Shown here piece by piece: positions 41,153 through 53,654 of a stretch of DNA of 64,000 nucleotides. The stretch comes from Geosiphon pyriformis uo1 (taxonomy: Eukaryota > Fungi > Glomeromycota): contig JAAOMT010000682.1 in the NCBI GenBank assembly GCA_016748015.1, positions 41,951-105,950 of the forward strand. The letters are read 5' to 3'. Position 1 is the stretch's first letter, and each line of letters begins with the position of its first letter. Below the pieces are notes generated by a model that searched no databases, was not told the DNA's origin, and saw nothing but the letters and a program-made list of their open reading frames with translations. Both the position numbers and the translations under genes were made by a program.

Positions 41153-44100
41153 CTAATCTTGTCTCATTCTGGAGAGACAGTCAACATTAGTGTGGAGTTT
41201 TTTTGGTTTGTGATGTACTATGTATCGATAATTTGCTAGAAATCCTGTCTATCAGGTTTGTTTTGCATTCAGCTAAGTATTTTTGTTCTGAAGCCATTTG
41301 AGTCCAATATTATCAGTGATAATATCGAATTCTTTAGGCCTGAGATAAAGATTAAAGTGGTGTAGGGCCCAAATTATGGCTGCTGTTTCTAGTTCTGTGG
41401 CAGGGTAGTTTTTCTCAGCTGGTTTTAATATTCTGCTAGCATAAGCAATTACTCGCTCATTTCCATTGTCATTTAGTTGTGATAAGATGGCACCAAAGGC
41501 AGTATATGAAGCATCTGTAGCTAGTCGAAATCAGTTGCTGAAATCTGGGTAGGCAAGGATTGGGGCTGTTGTCAGTTTTTCTTTGAGAATTTCAAAAGCT
41601 TTTTGGTGTTTGGTAGTCTATTTGTATTCCACATTTTTGGTGGTGAGCTGGTTGAAGAGTTTTGCAATTTCTGAGAATCCTTTGATAAACTTCCGATAGT
41701 AGAATGCTAATCCTATGAATCCTCTTAGTTCTGTAGTATTTCGTAGAACTTTGAAGTTCTTAACAGCACTGATTTTTCCTGGATCTGGTTTGACTCCTTC
41801 TTCACTAACTATGTGACCAAGAAAGGCCAAAGTTGTTTTTCCAAAATGGCATTTTTCAATATTTAGTTTTAATCCTGCTCTACGTAATTGTTGAAAAACT
41901 TCTCACAGGTGAATTAAATGAAGTCCGAAAGATGGGGAATAAACATCAATGTCATCAAGATAAACAACTACTGATTTCCAAAGGAGTCCAGCATATACAA
42001 TATTTATGAGTCTTTGGAATGTTGTTGGCACATTGCATAATCCAAAGGATATTATATTGAATTCGTAGTTTTCTCCTTGTGTTGTAAATGCTGTTTTGGG
42101 ATGGTTCTTGGGATCTATGGCAACTTGCCAGTATCTGCTTTCTAGGTTTAATGTTGAAAAGTATTTAGATTTTCCAAGGGCATCTAACATGTCATTGATT
42201 CGCGGAAGAGGGTAAGCATCTCCAATGGTAACACTGTTGAGTTGTCAATAATCAACACAAAATTGTATCTTTCCATTCTTTTTTTTAACTAGGACCACTG
42301 GTAAGGCCCATGGACTCATTGATGGTTGAATAAGCCCATTGTTAAGCATCTGTTGTACTTCTTCTCGGATAAATTGGTGGCTTTCTGGAGCAACTCGATA
42401 TGCTTGTTGTCTTTTTGGTTTGGCATCTCCTGTATAAATTTGGTATTGGACTAAATCGGTTCTTCCTAAGTCATTGTTGTTTTCAGCAAAGATATCAGCA
42501 AATTCTGCAATTAGTTCTTTGAGCTGGGTCTGTTGTTATGGTTCAAGTTGTCCCATGTTGATTCGAGATAGTTTTTCCATAACAACATGGTAGTTTTTAG
42601 AGCTGAGATTTAGATTGATTTTTAGTAGTGAATGTCCAATAATTTCAGAAAAATTGGGGACTGTTTGGGGTAATTCTTGTTGAAATATGTTACTGTGAAT
42701 AATTCCAATTTCTAAGTTATTTAATAAAACTATGAGATAATTGTTGGGATTGTAAAAAGTAACTCGGACTTTCTTTGTTCCTTTTGGAATATAAATGTTT
42801 GGGATCAAGATATTATGTTTCAAGCAGATTTGTTTGTTTGATTCAAAAATTTGTTGTGTGGTTGTTGGCTTTTCACAAATGTAAATTTCAGAATGTTCTC
42901 TAAAGGGTGAAATGGTAATTGGTTGTGGAAGTTGTAAAATCTGGTGAAATTCTTTCTGTTCATTGAGAGCTATGTTTACTGAAACTGTGAAACGTCCAGT
43001 TGAACCAAAACCTTGTGTTCCTCTTTCACTTTTTTCCAACTGTTCTCTTTGATTAATTAATTGTAAACCCGAAATGTTGATTAAGAGTAGATAGATAGCT
43101 TGAGCAATTTTTTCAGCATATCCAATTTTGAAAAGTTTATCAGTTTCATTTTGTAACATGACTGTGATGTCTCCTGTGTATCCAGCATTGATGATTCCTC
43201 CTGTAATATTGATTCCTTTGATTGCCAAGGATGATCAAGAAGCAATTTGAACCATTGCTCCTGGTGGGATTTCGAAGGCAATTTTGAAGTTGATTTTTGT
43301 AAGAAATTTGGGTTTGAGAGTAAGAATATCTTTTCCTGAATATCTTAGATCATATCTAGCATTGATCTTGTGGGCTTTTTCTGGTTTTATTCCTTGTCCA
43401 TTGTTGTTGAAATATTTGAGTTATAAAGCAGGCTGATTTTTGATGAGATAGATGGGTGTTGTCTCAATTTTTTCTGTTGCTTCAAGTTCTCCGAATTCAA
43501 TTTTGTATTCATCATTTTTGCTGGGCAAGGGAATGCTAAGAGCATAACATTCAGGACACCACTATTCATTACAAGGCATAATACATTCTTCACATAGCCT
43601 AATGTTCATTTGCTCTAATCGTTGAATTTGAGTTTCTTGGGTTGGGTAGGTGTGACTTGCAATTTGGTGGTAGACTTCTACTTTGTCTTCGTAATTGAAT
43701 CCAGCTAATTCCATGGTGTATTCAATGTATTCTGTTTCCTTCATTTGGCAAACATCTTTTTTGGTAGCTCCATTAATTAATGCCATTGCTAGGTCAAAAA
43801 TCATTTCGGCATCATGGGGGTAGTGATAAAGTTTGTTGAGAGCACTATTGTATGCTGCATTAAAGGGTGTTCCTCTTTTTACTTTTTCTGAAATTGATAA
43901 AGCATATTGGCAGGTCTGATCACAGACTCCTTCTTTCATGGCTACATCAATCCAATTGCATTCTTCTGGTAGCATATCTCCACAAGTCAAACAAGAGGTG
44001 TTGTCACATTTTCCGCTCCTTTTTATTAGATGGCCCCATCGTTCTCTGTGACAAGTCTTGCAGTAATAACAAGTATGATTTTCATATTCTTCTTTGGGTG

Positions 44101-46787
44101 AAATGCAGGCTCCCATTGACGATAGTTTCTTGTGGCAGTCTTTACATTTAAGGGGAATATAGGGGCGTTGTTTCTTTGGTTCGGGTTTTGAATAAGGTAT
44201 ATTCCATCCAGAGGTTTCAGATTCAGAGTGCGGGGTAAAATGTTCTTGTTCTGTTTCATCGGCCCAGTTGGACGTTGATTCAAGAGCCATGAATGTTTCA
44301 ATGAGGGGATTTTCCTCTTCCGGTTCAAATTCAAAAGCCGGGGCTTTCTCAGAGCATTTGTTGAATGTACCACAAATGGCAGATATCCGGGCGTGTTGTC
44401 CTTGGTAGGAGATTGTTAACTCTTGTGTTTCCCAATTCAGATTAGCATTGGCTTTTTGAAGCCAATCATTTCCAATAAAAGCTTGGTATTGGGGTGTGTC
44501 CATTACAAGAACTTTGACTGGAATGGTGATTTCATCAAGAGTGAACGGAAAATTGTCAATTTTTCCTATTGGGGTCTTTTTCATACCATCAGCAGTGACA
44601 ATTACTGTTTGAGCTGGTCAGTTAACATTTCTTTTTAACTGTTGCATTAACTGGTAGGTGATAATGCTTCCGGTGGATCTATTGTTTAAGATCAAGCGAA
44701 TTGTCTTTCTTTTGACTTTGGCTTCAGTGTACATGGCCGTGATTGCTTTTTGTTCATTGGCGGCTGCATTGCTAAGCAGAAATGGTGACTTATTTGCTTC
44801 GAACTCAAAAAGGAATATATCTGAAAGGTTAGCATTTTTAGCAATTCTGGCTGATGGAATTGTGGTGGAAGTATAGGAAGGGTTTTGTTGTTGTGCTGCA
44901 GCTCTACCTTCCAAGAGTGCAGTATGGTGAAAATTCTGTTCTTCTGGCATTGTTAAATAACTGGGTTGAGTGTGGTAGTGGTTGGGTCTTGGTTGAGTGA
45001 TATTTCGGGGAACCAATTGGTTGTTCGAACTGATTCTATTGTTGTTTGCTTGGTATTAGTTTTGTGGTGTGAATTGATTTTGTGTAAGCAGTCTTCAAGC
45101 AGGTACTTGATAATGTTGTGTGAGTGGTTGTTGGTATTGCTGTGGGATTGGCTGTGGGACAGGCTGATAATAGTTATTTTGGTATTGGGGTCTTGGTGAA
45201 TAGTAAGCTAGTGGTGGCGGTTAATAATAAGATTGCTGTGGTGAAGAGTAACGTTGATTACTCCTATTTTGTTGGTCTCATTGTAGCTTTCTGCAATCTC
45301 TTTTCCAGTGGCCAGGGATTCTACAGTAATGGCAATTCTGAGGCTGGTTATTGGAAAGTGGTGCAAAGTTATTTTGATTTCGTTTTTGGGGTGGTTGATA
45401 TCTTTGGGGTTGCTGTTGTTGTTAATTGGTAAAATAGTTTTCAACCTTCTTTGTGAGTTGGTCAATTTTTTCCTCAGCTGCTGAGCTGGTTTCTCCAATT
45501 GCCAAATTTACAAGTTTTGTGCGGTTGGCCTCTTCCATAGCCATTTCATATCTTTTTGCATGCTGTATGGCAGAGTTTAAATCTTCTGGCGCATGTGGGC
45601 AAACTTTTTTAATTAGTTTATCTTTTAGACCAGCGATAAATTAATCCAAGATTTGAGCATCGGAATAATAATCATTTGTTTCGAGTTGGTGAATTTGTCT
45701 GAGAAGTTTGTTGAATTTCCTAATATAAGTTATAACGGATTCGGAGGGTTCTTGTTTGATATTTCAAAAACAATTGTGAAGAGTGATGGAGGTGTTATTG
45801 TTGGTGAACTGTTCAAGAAAGGCTGCTTTGAAAGCATTCCAATTATTGAATGGGGTGGCCAAGTTTTCAAACCATTTTCCTGCTGTTCCTTTGAGAAAGT
45901 AGGGAATTGTTCTTAACATTCTGGCAGCATTCCATCCATTTGCATCTCCAGCTTTAGTAACTTGGTTGAGCCATTCTTAGGGACTGGTCTCAATATTTTC
46001 TCTATTGAATTTAGGGATTTTTGTGATGTATGTTGTTATTTTGTCTTTTTTCTTTTCACTGTCTATTGATTCTTCTTCAGTTATTTCAGAGTTGTTTTCT
46101 TTATTTGCTGCTGTCTCAGAGTGTTCACTTTGATTTTCAGCTAGAAAATCAAGGAGATTGGAACTAGTTTGAAGGGGTTCTTGTTGTCTGGTGGGACCTC
46201 TGAGTAATGTAAAATCTTCTGGTCTTGCAAATCGATTTAAGGGTGAATTAGGTGTTTGTGCTTGTGCAAGTAAAGCTAGAAAAGGTGTAATAGTAAGTAG
46301 AAGTTTTGAACTGGTTCCTTGTTCAGGTGTTTGTAAATGTTTGAATAATATTTTGGGAGTATTGGGTGTTGTGTGAACAGGTCAGTTATCTCTTTGTCTT
46401 TTGTTGCTACTTGTTTCAGGTTCAGATTCGAGTTCAAAGACAAATTGTGCGTTTGCAAGATATTTTTCTTCACAGAATCAAATGATATTATAATCAAGTT
46501 CTTCAAAATAAGTAGTGCAAGCTTTAGCACTAATGTTTTCTGATTCAGTGTTGGAATAGTGTAGTATGTTCTCAAGAAGATTTCTTTTAACTATTGTAAT
46601 ATTATAGTTTTCAAAAAGGTAGTCATTGATTCAATTTTCGATGTATTGAAAAAGTGTTTTCTTGAAAGCTATGATTCCATCATGTATTTCAAATCATTGT
46701 TTGCAGTGTGTGTAAATCAATTGATAGTACTCTAAGGTTGTGATGTCTGAGGCAGTCGTCACTTTGAATTTGTTGTTGCTGTGTTAT
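41153..46787 (-). pseudogene. Element F gag-PR-Cys-rich-dUTPase-RT-RNase H
   Basis: CHYCRIPGHWKRDC knuckle; LILNNRSTG; 340-aa ORF with CxxC pairs; GGIINAGYTG, KIAQAI, RGTQGFGSTG; VVYLDD; LATDAS..ELE..ITDN; ends NVDCLSRMRQD*. Confidence 0.93.
42990..43380 (-). pseudogene. dUTPase domain of element F
   Basis: Five motifs: NARYDL, xSSLA, GGIINAGYTGDI, EKIAQAI, ERGTQGFGSTG. Confidence 0.93.
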
Positions 46788-46807
46788 TTCTATGGGAGAG
46801 CACCAAA

Positions 46808-47788
46808 TGTTACCGGAGGTTTTTGGTCTCTTTTCTTAAATGTTGTCAATGCTTGTTTGCTGTGAATTCACGTTTTCTGGATGTGGTTGAACCTCCAGTA
46901 ACTGAATTTATCTTCAAATTATCTCTTATAATTTGAACTGCTGGGCTTATAAGTGGAATGGCCAATTCCATGCCAGTTACTTTATGTAGTTACGTTGTAG
47001 TAAACGTCAACTCTTTCCCAGGAATTGCTCGTCTGGAAGCTCACTAAAATGTATAGTTACTTTGCTGTGAAAGTCAACTCTTCTACAGAAATCTTGTCTG
47101 TAGGCTACCCTAATGATTATAGTAAGAAAATAAAAGAAAAAAAATAAAAAGATGTAAAAGAAATAAAATTCTGTCAAGAGAAACGTTTTCAATCCAGGCC
47201 TGGAGTCACTAACAGATTATTGAAATTGGTAGCTAATCAATTTCAAAACTTTAGTTGGGTTTTGAGAATTTTCCAAGTGCAATAATTAAAAAATTTGGTT
47301 TTTCGAATTATTTGATATTTATTTCTTTTTGTGTGTGTAAGAATGGTTCTAAGTGATAAATCTAAAGTAAGATACATTTTCTCGAAGAGAGAAGCTCTTC
47401 TTTTTATACAACTTGTCATAACACTATTCTATGAACTTGAACTTTGCTATTTTCTACAATTTCGCTGAACTAAAGATACATTTCGGTGAATTACAAGTTA
47501 TTTCTGTGAACTATTAGATATTTCGGTGAACTATCAATTATTTTGGCAAATTTCTATAAATTTTGGCAAACTTTTGAATGTTACATAGTTTGGGGTATTG
47601 CATAATTGATCATTGTAATTAGGTTACATTTGTGTTGTGTACAATTTGGGTTATTAATTAAATGATAATTTTGGACATTTTTGCTAATATAATAAGTAAT
47701 AATTTGAAATGATAATATATGCTAATTAATAATAGGAATTATAAGATAGTTTTATGCTCAATGATATCTCTAATTTTGTCTGGTAACA
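46808..47788 (-). repeat. 5' LTR of F (981 bp)
   Basis: TGTTACC...GGTAACA perfect 7-bp terminal inverted repeat. Confidence 0.94.
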
Positions 47789-47958
47789 CTGGCACAGAAT
47801 TGGCCATTCCACTTATAAGCCCAGCAGTTCAAATTATAGGAGATAATTTGAAGATAAATTCAGTTACTAGAGGTTCAATCACATCCAGGAAATGTGAATT
47901 CACAGCAAACAGGCATCAACAACATTAAGAAAAGAGACCAAAAACCTCCAGTAGCATT

Positions 47959-47976
47959 TGGTGCTTTCCCATGAAA
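47959..47976 (+). promoter_or_regulatory. Primer binding site of G
   Basis: TGGTGCTTTCCC, 2 nt after the LTR end; same arrangement in C, D, F. Confidence 0.75.
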
Positions 47977-47989
47977 ATAACACAGTAAC

Positions 47990-50900
47990 AACAACTTCAA
48001 AAGTGGCAACTCAAACAGATTCAAGAACTCTAGAGTATTATCAGTCAATCTACACCCACTGCAAGCAGAGATTTAACATCCCAGATGGAATTGAAACATT
48101 CAAGAAAACACTTTACCAGTACATTGAAAATTGCATCAACAATTATTTTCTTGGAGACTACAACATTTCAAAAGTTAGACACAACTTATATGAAAGCTTA
48201 ATACATCACTCTCATCTAAACACGCAGGATTTTAACAGTCAAACACTTGAAACATACTTCCAAGAACTCAACTTCAATATTATTCAGTATTGTGAAGAAA
48301 ATTACCCAGTAGAACAGAAATTTTCTCTTAGTTTTGAATCAGAAACCGAAGAAGGAAAAGGAAAAAGAAAACAAAAACTCAGAACTACTCCCAATACACC
48401 TAAAACCACTGCCAAACATTTACAAACTCCAGAACAAGGAACCAGCTTTAAATTATCACTCTCAATCATATCATTTCTAGCTTCACTTGCTCAACCGCAA
48501 ACACCAAGCTCATTACTTATTCAGTTTTCAAAAATAGATGATTTTCAGTCATTCAAAAGCTCTATTTAACAACAGAAACCAATATTAACCAGCACAAATC
48601 TTATTGACTACTTAGCAGAAAATCAAAGTAAAGAGACCGAATTAAAACAAGAAACAGAAGACTTAGAAAATAAAGAAAAAATGGTCTCCATATATATTGC
48701 AAAGATCCCTGAGTTCACAGGAGAAGACAGTGAAACCAGTCCTCAAGAATGGCTTAACAAAGTCTCAAAAGCAAGAGATACAAATGGTTGAAATACTGCC
48801 AGAATATTAAAAGCAATTCTATATTTCTTACAAGGAATGGCTGGCAAATGGTTTGAAAACTTGGAAGCCTCACCAGAAGACTGGAAAGCATTCAAAACTG
48901 CTTTCCTAGAACAGTTCACTGACAATAACACTTCCATTACCCTTCGAAATCGGTTCTGAAATATCAAGCAAGAACCAAGTGAATTAGTTATAACCTATCT
49001 TGAGAGATTCAACAAACTGCTTAGAAGGATTTGCCAATTAGAAACAAATAAATACTACTCTAATGCACAAATTTTGGATCAATTCATTGCTGGATTAAAA
49101 GACAAACTTATTAAGAAAGTTCGCCCACATGCACCAGAAGATTTAGCCACTGCTATTCAATAGGCAAAAAACTATGAAATGGCCATAGAAGAAGCCAACC
49201 GTACCAAACTTGTTAATCTGGCTATTGGAGAAACCAGCTTAGCAGCTGAAAAAAAGATTGACCAATTAACCAAGAAAGTTGAAAACTACTTCACCAACCA
49301 ACAGCAACAACAGCAGCCACAGCAATCACAACAACCACAAAAATACTAACCCTCACAAAGATGAAATCAAAATAACTTTGCACCACTTTCTAATAACCAG
49401 CCTCAGAATTGCCATTACTATGGAATCCCTGGCCACTGGAAAAGAGATTGCAGAAAGCTACAATGAGACCAACAAAATAGGAGTAATCAACGTTACTCTC
49501 TACTACAGCAATCTTATTATCAACCACTACTACTAGCTTACTATCCACCAAGACCCCAATACCAAAGTAACTATTATCAGCCCACTCCACAGCCAATCCA
49601 ACAGCAATACCAACAACCACCCACACAACATTATCAAGTGCCTGCTTGAAGATTGATTCCGCAAAATCAGTTCACACCACAAAACCGATACCAAGTAAAC
49701 AATAATAGAATTAATTTGAACAACCAATTGGTTCCCCGAAATTTAGCTCAACCAAGACCCAACCACTATCATACTCAACTTAGTTATTTTATGATGCCAG
49801 AAGAACAGGATTTTTGCCATACTGTACTCTCAGAAGGTAGAGCTGTAGCACAACAACAAAACCCTTTCTATACTCCTACCACAATCCCACCAGCCAGAAT
49901 TGCTAAAAATGCCAACCTTTCAGATATATTCCCTTTCGAATTTGAAGCAAATGAATTACCATTCTTGCTTAGCAATGCAGTGGCTAATGAGCAAAAAGCC
50001 ATCACTGCAATGTACACAAAAGCTGAAGTAGAAGGAAAGCCAATTCGCTTGATTCTAAACAGTGAATCTGCCAGAAGTATCATCACCTATCAATTGATGC
50101 AACAGCTAAAGAGAAATGTTGACTGACTAGCTCAGACAATCATTGTCACTGCTGATGGCATGAAAAAGACTCCAGTAGGAAAAATTGACAACTTCTCATT
50201 CATAATTGATGAAATCACCATTCCAGTCAAAGTTCTGGTCATGGATGCTCCCCAATACCAAGCTCTTGTCAAAAACAATTGGCTCCAAAAAGCCAATGCT
50301 AATCTGAATTGGGAGACACAAGAGTTAACAATCTTCTACCAAGGATGACATGCTTGAGTACCTGCTACTTGTGGTACATTTAATAAATGCTCCAAAAAAG
50401 CCCCGGCTTTTGAATTCGAACTGGAAGAAGAAAAACCCATCATTGAAACATTTATGGCACTTGAATCAATCTCTAATTGGGCTGATGAAACTGAAAAACA
50501 GTATTTTTCAACAAACAATTCTCTTGAAACAAAAAAATCAGTAACACTCAGATGGAATGTCCCCTATTCAAAACCAGAACCATGAAAACAACACCCTTAC
50601 ATTCCATTTAAATGCAAAGATTGCCACAAAAAACTCTCATCAATAGGAGCTTGTATTTCACCTGAGGAAGAATACAGAAACCATATCTGTTACTATTGCA
50701 AATCCTGCCACTGAGAATGATAGGGACACCTAGTCAAAAAAAGTGGAAAATAGGACAGAATGCCCTGTTTAACTTGTGGAGAACAATTACCTAATGAATG
50801 CAACTGGATTGATGTTGCATTCAGAGAAGGAGTCTGTGATCAAACATGTTAATATGCTTTTTTAATCTCAGAAAAAGTAACAAGAGAAACCTTTTTTGAT

Positions 50901-53606
50901 GCTGCTTACAACAGTGTCCTCAACAAACTGTACCATTACCCTCATGATGCCGAAATGATTTTTGATCTAACAATGGCTTTAATCAATAGAGCCACTCAAG
51001 AAAATGTTTGTCAAATAAAAGAATCAGAATACATTGTATACACTTTTGAAATCACTGGATACAACTATGAAGATGAAGTAGAAGTATATTACCAAATTGC
51101 CAGTCACACTTACCCGACTAAAGAAGCTCAAGCTCAATGGCTAGAGCAAATAAACATTAAATTGTGTAAAGAATGCATAATGCCTTGTGATGAGCAATGG
51201 TGCCCTGAATGCTATGCTCTTAGCATTCCCCTGCCCAGTGAAAATAATGAAAACAAAATTGAATTTGGAGAACCTAAAGCAACAAAAAAAATTGAAGCAA
51301 CACTCATCTATCTTATCAAAAATCAGCCTGCCTTACAACTCAAATACTTCAACAACAATAGATAAGAAATAAAAACCGAAAAAGCACATGAAATTGATGC
51401 TGAATATGACCTAAGATATCCAAACAAGAATACTCTTGTTCTCAAACCCAAATCTCTCACAAAAATCAATCTCAAAATTGCCCTTGAAATTCCACCAGGA
51501 GCAATGGTTCAAATCACCTCCCAGTCCTCTCTGACAAGCAAAGAAATCAATGTCAAAGGAAGAATAATCAATACTAGATATACTGGTGATATAACAGTAA
51601 TACTCTAAAATGAAACCAATAAACCTTTCAAAATTGAACATGCTAAAAAAATTGCTCAAGCTATCTATTTACTCTTAATCAATATTTTGGGTTTACAGTT
51701 AGTCAATCAAAGAGAACAATTGGGAAAAAGCGAAAGAAAAACACAAAGTTTTGGTTCAACTGGATGATTCACAGTTCCAGTAAACATAGCTCTCAATAAA
51801 CAGAAAAAATCTCACCAGTTTCTACAACTTCCACAACCAATTACCATTTCACTTTTTGGAGAACATCATGAAGTTTACACATGTGAAAACCTCATGACTA
51901 CTCAACAAATCTTTGAATCCAATGAACAAATTTGCTTAGAACACAACATTTCAATCCCAAACATCTATGTTCCAAGAGGAGCAAAGAAAGTCCAAGTTAC
52001 TTTTTACAATCTCAACTATCAACCCGTTATTTTATTGAACAAGTTAGAAATAGGAGTCATTCACAGCAACATCTTTCAGCAGGAACAACCCCAAACAGTT
52101 TTAAATTTCTCAGAAATCATCGAACACTCTTTACCAAAAATCAGCCCCAGACCAAGCTTTGAAAACTACCATGTTGTTATGAAAAAACTATCTCGAATCA
52201 ACATGGAACAACTAGAACCATACCAACAAAAACAGCTTAAAAAGCTAATAGCAGAATTTGCCAATATCTTTGCTAAAAACAACAATGACCTAGGAAAAAC
52301 TGATTTAGTACAACACCAAATTTATATTGGAGATGCCAAACCAAGATGACAACAAGCCTACCAAGTTGCTCTAGAAAGTCACCAATTTATCCGAAATGAA
52401 GTACAATGGATGCTTAACAATGGGCTTATTCAGCCATCAATAAGTCCATGGGCCTCACCTGTGGTCCTAGTTAAAAAGAAAAATGGAAAGATATAATTTT
52501 GTGTTGATTATTGACAACTCAACAGTGTCACTATTGGAGATGTCTACCCTCTTCCCTGAATTGATGACATGCTGGATGCTCTTGGGAAGTCCAAATACTT
52601 TTCGACATTAGATTTAGAGAGTGAATACTGGCAAGTTGTCATGGATTCCAAAAATTGCCCCAAAACAGTATTCACTACTCAAAGAGAAAATTACGAGTTC
52701 AACATAATGCCTTTTGGATTATGCAATGCACCAGCAACATTCCAAAGACTCATGGATGTTGTTTACAAAGGCTTTCTTTGGAAATCAGTAGTTGTCTATC
52801 TTGATGATACTGATGTTTATTCACTATCTTTTGAATTACACTTAAAATATCTGCACGAAGTCTTTCAACAATTATAAAAAACAGGATTGAAACTGAACAT
52901 TAAAAAATGCTACTTTGGAAAAACAAGTTTGGCCTTTCTTGGTCACATTGTTAGTAAAGATAAAATCAAACCTGATCCAAGAAAAATAAGCACTGTTAAA
53001 AATTTCAAAACTCCTCAAAATACTACAGAACTAAAAAAATTCATTGGATTAGCATCCTACTATTGGAAATTTATCAAAAAATTCTTAGAAATTGCAAAAC
53101 CCCTCAACCAGCTTACCACCAAAAACGTTGAATACAAATAGACTATTGAACACCAAAAAGCTTTTGAAATTCTCAAGAAAAAACTGACAACAGCTCCAAT
53201 TCTTGCCTACTCAGACTTCAGTAGCCAATTTCAATTAGCAACAGATGCTCCATACACTATCTTTGGTGCCATCTTGTCACAATTAAATGACAATGGAAAT
53301 AAGTGAGTAATTGTTTATGCCAGCAGAACATTAAAACCAGCTGAAAAAAATTATCCTGCCACTGAATTGGAAACAACAGCTGTAATTTGGGCCCTACATC
53401 ATTTCAACCTTTATCTCTGGCCAAAGGAATTTGATATTATCACTGATAATATTGGACTCAAATGGCTTCAGAACAAAAACACTCAGCTGAATATCAAACA
53501 AACCCAATGGACAGAATTTTTAGCCAACTACTAATACATTGTACACTACAAACCAGAAAAACTCCATACCAACATTGATTGTCTCTCCAGAATGAGACAA
53601 AATTAG
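47990..53606 (+). pseudogene. Element G gag-PR-Cys-rich-dUTPase-RT-RNase H (single frame with point stops)
   Basis: ORF-track pieces at 47958, 49653, 50160, 50955, 51894, 52569 and 52887 are all in one frame; knuckle ~49410-49451; dUTPase ~51380-51770; YLDD ~52797; ends NIDCLSRMRQN*. Confidence 0.93.
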
Positions 53607-53654
53607 AAAACACAAATCAACACTCAACTTAACCAACCTAACAACCAACAAACA

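Larger units (their letters stand above)
38179..47788 (-). mobile_element. Full-length Ty3/gypsy element F, least decayed copy
   Basis: LTRs 38179-38876(+gap) and 46808-47788; perfect TSD CTGG (38175-38178 / 47789-47792); PBS TGGTGCTCTCCC at 46788-46805. Confidence 0.95.

Noticed and set aside
45124-45916. Antisense ORFs opposite gag/pol (also 15236-16001, 49390-49727 and others)
   Set aside because: Shadow frames of the biased A/C-rich coding strand, with no motifs
47007-47192. 61-aa hydrophobic ORF in F's LTRs (also 38378-38563)
   Set aside because: Arises from the T-rich LTR tract with a TTG start; it is duplicated only because LTRs are duplicated, and is not tracked as an ORF in the C or G LTRs
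47793-47956. A long gag-frame ORF starting deep in the LTR
   Set aside because: Stops (TAA in GATAATTT, TGA/TAA at GTGAATT) are shared by all family copies; only the last ~20 codons of the LTR are plausibly open
47990-53606. Alternative genetic code or programmed readthrough to explain the in-frame stops
   Set aside because: All three stop codons occur, at Trp/Gln/Arg positions that mostly differ between copies, as expected from C>T/G>A decay
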